Below, one piece after another: positions 7,699-11,870 of a stretch of DNA of 11,870 nt. Position 1 is the first letter of the stretch. Every line of letters starts with the position of its first letter. This DNA is from Candidatus Rifleibacteriota bacterium (GTDB lineage: Bacteria; Muiribacteriota; Ozemobacteria; Ozemobacterales; Ozemobacteraceae), in contig JBNJGH010000016.1 in the NCBI GenBank assembly GCA_051747585.1, forward strand, positions 1-11,870, given 5' to 3'. The position numbers were made by a program, and so were the translations under genes. The notes below the pieces were generated by a model. It ran no database searches, had not been told where the DNA came from, and worked only from the letters and a program-made list of their open reading frames with translations.

Positions 7699-8766
7699 CT
7701 AATTTTTAACCGTCAAAATTCTTTCGTTTCCGGTTTCTTTGTTAACCAGCAAAACATTGTCAGAGCTTATTTCTGACACTTCAAAATCTCCAATAGAATC
7801 GCCCTCAGAGACTGTTTTAACTTGAGTATTATATTTTATTCTTGCAGAAGTCGAATAAATTTCCAATAAGGCCAGAACATTATTTACCGGTTCTCTTACA
7901 ATTCCTACATTGGTAACAACCGAACATTGATCACTTAACCAGATTTTAGGATCTTTAGGGTGACTGCAAGCTATATGGATAGTAGCCAGAATACGTTTGT
8001 TCAATTTTTCTTTCTTTACGCCTTCAACATAGAAAACTCCCTTTAATTCTTCTATCTCAAAATATTCAATATCAATTTCGCTGACATCTTCGATAATCAC
8101 CTTGTCGCGCTTGATTGTTAAAGATTCACTGAATTCTTTGTCTAGATCATAAGCACGGTCCGGATCACTTTTAGTATTATAGGTATCGCCCCTTTCCACC
8201 AGGTGAAGCCTGCCAAGCCCGGAATATTGGTAATCAGGCGAAGGCTTCAATACAAGCTCAACCCAGGTTATGGTACCTTCTTCATAACCTGCAGTAGTTT
8301 CTTTTTCGGGGGTACAGATGGGAAAATACAGAATTCTATGTTCGTTGTTGTCAGGTATTATGCTGCCGCTATCCGTAACCATTGCATGCATATCAAAATT
8401 TTCATTTTCATGCGTCGGCATGTCGATTAGACGTCCGGTAAAATCATATATACGTTGTTCTTTATAATAAACGACTTTTTCTTCGGTAACTCCACCAGCA
8501 TCTTTTTTGATAATAGTAGAAGGATAAGAAGTTTGCTTAAGCTTATCACTTATCAATCGGGTTCCATTACGAAGCTGGGTGATGGCTTGTTGTATCCAGA
8601 ATCCTTTTGCCGTTTCTTTGCGGGAATAGGTCATTATGCCATAGCCTGACGAAAAAAGCAGACTGAGCATTAAAACTGAAAGCAAAATTTCTATCATTGT
8701 TAAACCCCATGCTCTTCGAGACAAACACAGAAATCTGCCTTTATTTTTATTAAAACAGGTTCTCAA
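7699..8766 (-). CDS. Type IV minor pilin/pseudopilin (PilW/GspJ-like) with an extra C-terminal beta domain
   Basis: Class III signal RRAWG|LTMIEILLSVLMLSLLF (G-1, E+5), then the amphipathic helix AITQLRNGTRLISDKLKQ typical of PilW/GspJ, and VIIEDVSEIDIEY near the end of the pilin head. TTG start overlaps the upstream TGA. Confidence 0.8.
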   Translation of the reverse strand: MRTCFNKNKGRFLCLSRRAWGLTMIEILLSVLMLSLLFSSGYGIMTYSRKETAKGFWIQQAITQLRNGTRLISDKLKQTSYPSTIIKKDAGGVTEEKVVYYKEQRIYDFTGRLIDMPTHENENFDMHAMVTDSGSIIPDNNEHRILYFPICTPEKETTAGYEEGTITWVELVLKPSPDYQYSGLGRLHLVERGDTYNTKSDPDRAYDLDKEFSESLTIKRDKVIIEDVSEIDIEYFEIEELKGVFYVEGVKKEKLNKRILATIHIACSHPKDPKIWLSDQCSVVTNVGIVREPVNNVLALLEIYSTSARIKYNTQVKTVSEGDSIGDFEVSEISSDNVLLVNKETGNERILTVKN

Positions 8767-9302
8767 TCTACCGCCCCCGTAAACCTGGCAACATAAACTT
8801 CTTCAGTTAAAGAATCAGAAAATTGCTTCCCTTTTCCACCGCTGTCAATTTCAGCTTTTACCTCTAATTTATATCCATCTTGAACCATTTTCATTGAATC
8901 ATGCGAACCCAGTAGTTCACAACTTACAACCCTATAGTTACCAGCATAAGGAACCCCATCATCGGGAGCATTACCCGCAAAAAGATCATAGTTTTTATGA
9001 ACATCTTTATATTCTGCTCCCATGGCCAGTGGGGCATGTGCAGATGAATCAATATACTCAAAGGGATTACCGGCTCCACCTTTATAAAAATACTCATAGG
9101 TCTCTTTTGGCAACAACTTCAATTGAAGCTTAGCATGTTGCATGCCGGAATGAGCTAGATAATAGGCCTGCATCTGGTAAAGAGTCTGTTTGTTTTGAAA
9201 AGCAAGGTTTGTATTTGACTGAGCCATAAAAAACAAGATTATTGCAATTGCAAAAGCAAAAAATAAAACAACAACAATTGCGATTCCTTTTTTATTCTTC
9301 AT
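8763..9302 (-). CDS. PilX/GspK-like minor pilin
   Basis: MKNKKG|IAIVVVLFFAFAIAIILFFM lacks E+5, as is characteristic of PilX/GspK, and is followed by the QAYYLAHSGMQHA motif typical of the PilX N-terminus. Confidence 0.85.
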   Translation of the reverse strand: MKNKKGIAIVVVLFFAFAIAIILFFMAQSNTNLAFQNKQTLYQMQAYYLAHSGMQHAKLQLKLLPKETYEYFYKGGAGNPFEYIDSSAHAPLAMGAEYKDVHKNYDLFAGNAPDDGVPYAGNYRVVSCELLGSHDSMKMVQDGYKLEVKAEIDSGGKGKQFSDSLTEEVYVARFTGAVD

Positions 9303-9305
9303 AAA

Positions 9306-9953
9306 TCAACTTCCCAATTTGGCTTTGAATCCGACAAGAAAAATACTTCTGGCATAATCATCGTCTTTTGGATCTTTTCCTTTGTGATTTGACCATTTAA
9401 CCTGGACAATAATTTTTTTTATCAAGTTGTATTTATCATCTGCATCTTTGGCTACAAGTTCATTTATTTGCAAAGGATCCATATCTTTACCGGGAATGTC
9501 TATTTTAAATTGAATAGGGTTTGCAGAGGTAGAATCGTAATCCAGATCGACAACCTTTGCCCTGGCCCGATATTTAAAGCCCTTTCTGCAGGTATAAATT
9601 CCATCACCTTTGTAGGTGTCCGCACCTGTATAATCGGTTTCTTCACCAAACATGCGTGGTACAACCTTCTGTAAAAAACCGTTCACCCCATCTGCATTTT
9701 CAGGATCTTTAAACAGACAAAAGTTCTCTTTTTGTCTGATACAGCGCCATGGAACCTGAAACATCATAGTATCCATAATAAACTTTGCTCTGGATATAGC
9801 TATGGTTTCGGTATAAAACTTCTCTGTATCTTTAACCGCTCCGGTCAAAAAAGTAAAAATTGGAATAAGAACCATTGCCAGAATAATAAAAGCAAGCATT
9901 ATTTCAACAAAGGTTATAGCGCTTTTTCTACAAAGTTGTTTCTTGAAAACCAT
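9306..9953 (-). CDS. PilV/GspI-like minor pilin
   Basis: MVFKKQLCRKSA|ITFVEIMLAFIILAMVLIPIF (A-1, E+5) and C-terminal LIKKIIVQVKW strand typical of PilV/GspI-like pilins. The start is placed at ATG 9953 because the ORF-track start (9974) runs into a promoter motif. Confidence 0.8.
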   Translation of the reverse strand: MVFKKQLCRKSAITFVEIMLAFIILAMVLIPIFTFLTGAVKDTEKFYTETIAISRAKFIMDTMMFQVPWRCIRQKENFCLFKDPENADGVNGFLQKVVPRMFGEETDYTGADTYKGDGIYTCRKGFKYRARAKVVDLDYDSTSANPIQFKIDIPGKDMDPLQINELVAKDADDKYNLIKKIIVQVKWSNHKGKDPKDDDYARSIFLVGFKAKLGS

Positions 9954-9962
9954 ACCTGGATC

Positions 9963-9973
9963 ATTATAGCACA
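9963..9973 (-). promoter_or_regulatory. Extended -10 promoter for the minor-pilin cassette
   Basis: Minus strand TGTGCTATAAT matches TRTGnTATAAT exactly. It lies downstream of the terminator at 10005-10034 and 9 nt upstream of ATG 9953; there is no well-spaced -35. Confidence 0.6.
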
Positions 9974-10004
9974 TTTTTTAATCTGCTTTTCAGCAAAAAA
10001 ATAG

Positions 10005-10034
10005 AAAAAAAGCCGGGAAAACGTTTTTCCCGGC
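10005..10034 (-). terminator. Rho-independent terminator after the 340-aa gene
   Basis: Stem GCCGGGAAAA/TTTTCCCGGC (10012-10021 / 10025-10034) followed on the minus strand by a T7 tract (10011-10005), 16 nt after the stop at 10051. Confidence 0.85.
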
Positions 10035-10050
10035 ATAATTCATAATATCG

Positions 10051-11073
10051 TCATTTTACTTTCATAGGAACGAATAATACCTGGCGATTGCCGGCTAAAT
10101 CCTGTGCATCAACATAAAAATATGGCTGGTCGGGTAAATTAAGATCGGCCAGGTTAAGCTCAGCAGCGTTTTCAGGGCCAACTGGTGTTGGTTCCCCTCC
10201 TGCTCCATTGCAAATACCAAACTTTAATTTACTACGATCAAGCTTGTAATTATCTTCGCCGACAACACGAATTGTTAATTCGGCATCTGCCGAAACGGGA
10301 ATTGCAGCTTGTTCGGGTGACACAATCATATCCTGGCCAAGCTCAAGTCCTCGAATGGTTTTTATTTCTTCCGGGTCCTTAGAAATCAGCCCCCCACTCA
10401 AATAAACATCTGCCATTTTCGGCAATGGATATTTATCAGGCGGGTTTTCTGCTGTCCAGAAAGTTACAGATTTCCCATCTTTTACCATTATTTCAAGACC
10501 GCAGGTAGGTGGCGTAATATCCAACACTCTTACATCTTTTGCACCACTTGAGTTGGCAAAAACAACTTTGGTTCGTCCTGGCTGAGGTAAATCATAACGC
10601 ATTTTTCTACCTATATGACAGGTAATAGCTCCTTTGCCTGTAGGCATCAGTGGTGTTACTTCCATCTGGTTAACCGCAAGAGTTCTGGTTGTAGAAGCCT
10701 TGAAATTTTTATTCTTTTCCCAGTCGATGAAATGCCATGAAGGCGCGGATAATCCTTCCCATCTTGGGTTAGGAATTTCCTGGCCTTTGTATTCTGATGG
10801 TGGCTCATCATCAAAAATAGCAGTCTCAGCGATAACTACTATTGGTATGTCTTCTGTAAGAGTTGCAGGGATAGGTTCGCCGTTATCCGCATAAATCTTT
10901 AAGGGGATTACGGGACTTATTTCTGTGGGATAAGGGCTGATTTCAACCCCTTTCAACCAGGGAGCTTCTTCAGTAGAGGCCCCGCCTGAAGCGGGATCCT
11001 CTGCCGATAGAAGCGTGGTTACCGAAAGCATGACCATCAGTGCAATTAAAATAACAGAGCTTTTTGTTTTCAT
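10051..11073 (-). CDS. Secreted Pro-rich protein with Ig-like domain motifs
   Basis: Signal peptide MKTKSSVILIALMVMLSVTTLLSA|EDP. Motifs VLDITPPT, GEDN and AQDLAGNR are typical of bacterial Ig-like domain boundaries. SD GGAG upstream. Confidence 0.75.
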   Translation of the reverse strand: MKTKSSVILIALMVMLSVTTLLSAEDPASGGASTEEAPWLKGVEISPYPTEISPVIPLKIYADNGEPIPATLTEDIPIVVIAETAIFDDEPPSEYKGQEIPNPRWEGLSAPSWHFIDWEKNKNFKASTTRTLAVNQMEVTPLMPTGKGAITCHIGRKMRYDLPQPGRTKVVFANSSGAKDVRVLDITPPTCGLEIMVKDGKSVTFWTAENPPDKYPLPKMADVYLSGGLISKDPEEIKTIRGLELGQDMIVSPEQAAIPVSADAELTIRVVGEDNYKLDRSKLKFGICNGAGGEPTPVGPENAAELNLADLNLPDQPYFYVDAQDLAGNRQVLFVPMKVK

Positions 11074-11101
11074 ATTTTCTCCAGTAACCTCTCCTTATAT
11101 T

Positions 11102-11869
11102 TTATTGGTTTTGTCCACCCTGGAAAGAAGCCCTGGTATCAACGACAAAAAGAGGCATTCTTACTGTCGAAGTATTACCATCTTTATCTTTTGCTGCCGC
11201 AACAAAGACATACTCAGGCTGATCTTTATATTCTTCGCGTGGATAATTGGGAACGCGGAACATATAACCATTTTCATTTTCAGGCACATCAGTTCCATCT
11301 GCATATTCAAGTTTGCAAGCTACTTCGCCGAGTGAAGCTCTGCCGTCTCCATTGTCGATAGCCATTGCGGCAAAAATAAAGGGAACATTTCTTCTGACAT
11401 AAACTCCTGAGAGACCTTTATTAGAATCACCACTGACATGAACTTTTGTTTTAAAGGTTTCTTCATCCTGGCCGGCATTAACAACTCCGGATTCAAATTT
11501 GACCGCACCTTTATCGTTAAACAGTGGGCCCGCAATTGATAATCTCGCTGTTTTTTTCCAGGGTTCTACATCTCTTTCATCCTGCTTTCCTTCATCGAGA
11601 AACAGATAGCTGGCTTCTTCATAATCTTCTTCTTTGGTTGAAAATGGCCTGCCAAGATTGGCAATAATTTTTTCTGTCATATTCTGTTTCAATTCTTCTT
11701 CGGTTTCAGCCATATCAACACTACCGGCGCCTTCCTGGAAGGCGACCCAGAGGTCGGGAGAAGTGCAATCATGAACTTTCACACCCATGTTCTGTTCGGC
11801 AGTAACGGTTTTTGATTCGCCGCCTGCATCGTCAATATTACCTTCATCATCTACCAAAGCAACATCGTC
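11102..11869 (-). CDS. Acidic, probably extracellular protein with Ig-like motifs (C-terminal part; 5'-truncated by the window edge)
   Basis: The frame is open to the window end (DDVALVDDEG...). Motifs VHDCTSP, AIDN and AKDKDGNT are collinear with those of the downstream gene. Confidence 0.75.
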   Translation of the reverse strand, partial: DDVALVDDEGNIDDAGGESKTVTAEQNMGVKVHDCTSPDLWVAFQEGAGSVDMAETEEELKQNMTEKIIANLGRPFSTKEEDYEEASYLFLDEGKQDERDVEPWKKTARLSIAGPLFNDKGAVKFESGVVNAGQDEETFKTKVHVSGDSNKGLSGVYVRRNVPFIFAAMAIDNGDGRASLGEVACKLEYADGTDVPENENGYMFRVPNYPREEYKDQPEYVFVAAAKDKDGNTSTVRMPLFVVDTRASFQGGQNQ

Positions 11870-11870
11870 G

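Noticed and set aside
9954..9974. ORF-track start at 9974 for the PilV-like gene
   Set aside because: It overlaps a perfect extended -10 element and has no SD. ATG 9953 gives a normal short basic prepilin leader.
4751..11535. Short nested ORFs (4751-4939, 5599-5841, 8203-8430, 8455-8649, 8894-9133, 9468-9674, 9732-10004, 10185-10382, 10634-10894, 11015-11335, 11320-11535)
   Set aside because: They are antisense or out-of-frame overlaps of longer motif-bearing genes, with no independent evidence.
1..11870. CRISPR array, tRNA/rRNA, integrase or defence system
   Set aside because: I saw no regularly spaced repeats, RNA-gene signatures or recombinase/nuclease motifs, and the intergenic gaps are all short (under about 120 nt).

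Overview
Gene-dense, AT-rich bacterial window with two convergent blocks that meet at a perfect bidirectional terminator (4625-4662). The plus-strand block (1-4587) is a tightly coupled operon: the 3' part of moeA, a DUF1786/COG4012 (ASKHA-like) protein, an exported helical hypothetical protein, a small CxxC thioredoxin-fold protein, a DUF318/ArsP-type permease and a soluble TPR protein. The minus-strand block (4705-11870) has three parts in transcription order. First come two paralogous acidic proteins with Ig-like motifs, followed by a terminator. Next is a three-gene minor-pilin/pseudopilin cassette in the order PilV/GspI-like, PilX/GspK-like, PilW/GspJ-like, the last with an extra PilP/GspC-HR-like C-terminal tail. 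Last is a unit with its own sigma70-type promoter encoding a His-rich CxxC membrane protein, an ABC ATPase, an ABC permease and a membrane-anchored TPR protein, resembling the pilus-linked PilHI/Xap modules; a small coiled-coil gene follows. The most interesting candidate is this pilin-linked ABC module, led by a 21-His putative metal-binding protein whose -10 box is overlapped by a 9-1-9 palindrome. I saw no rRNA, tRNA, CRISPR array or mobile element. All family assignments come from motif recognition by eye, not database searches.
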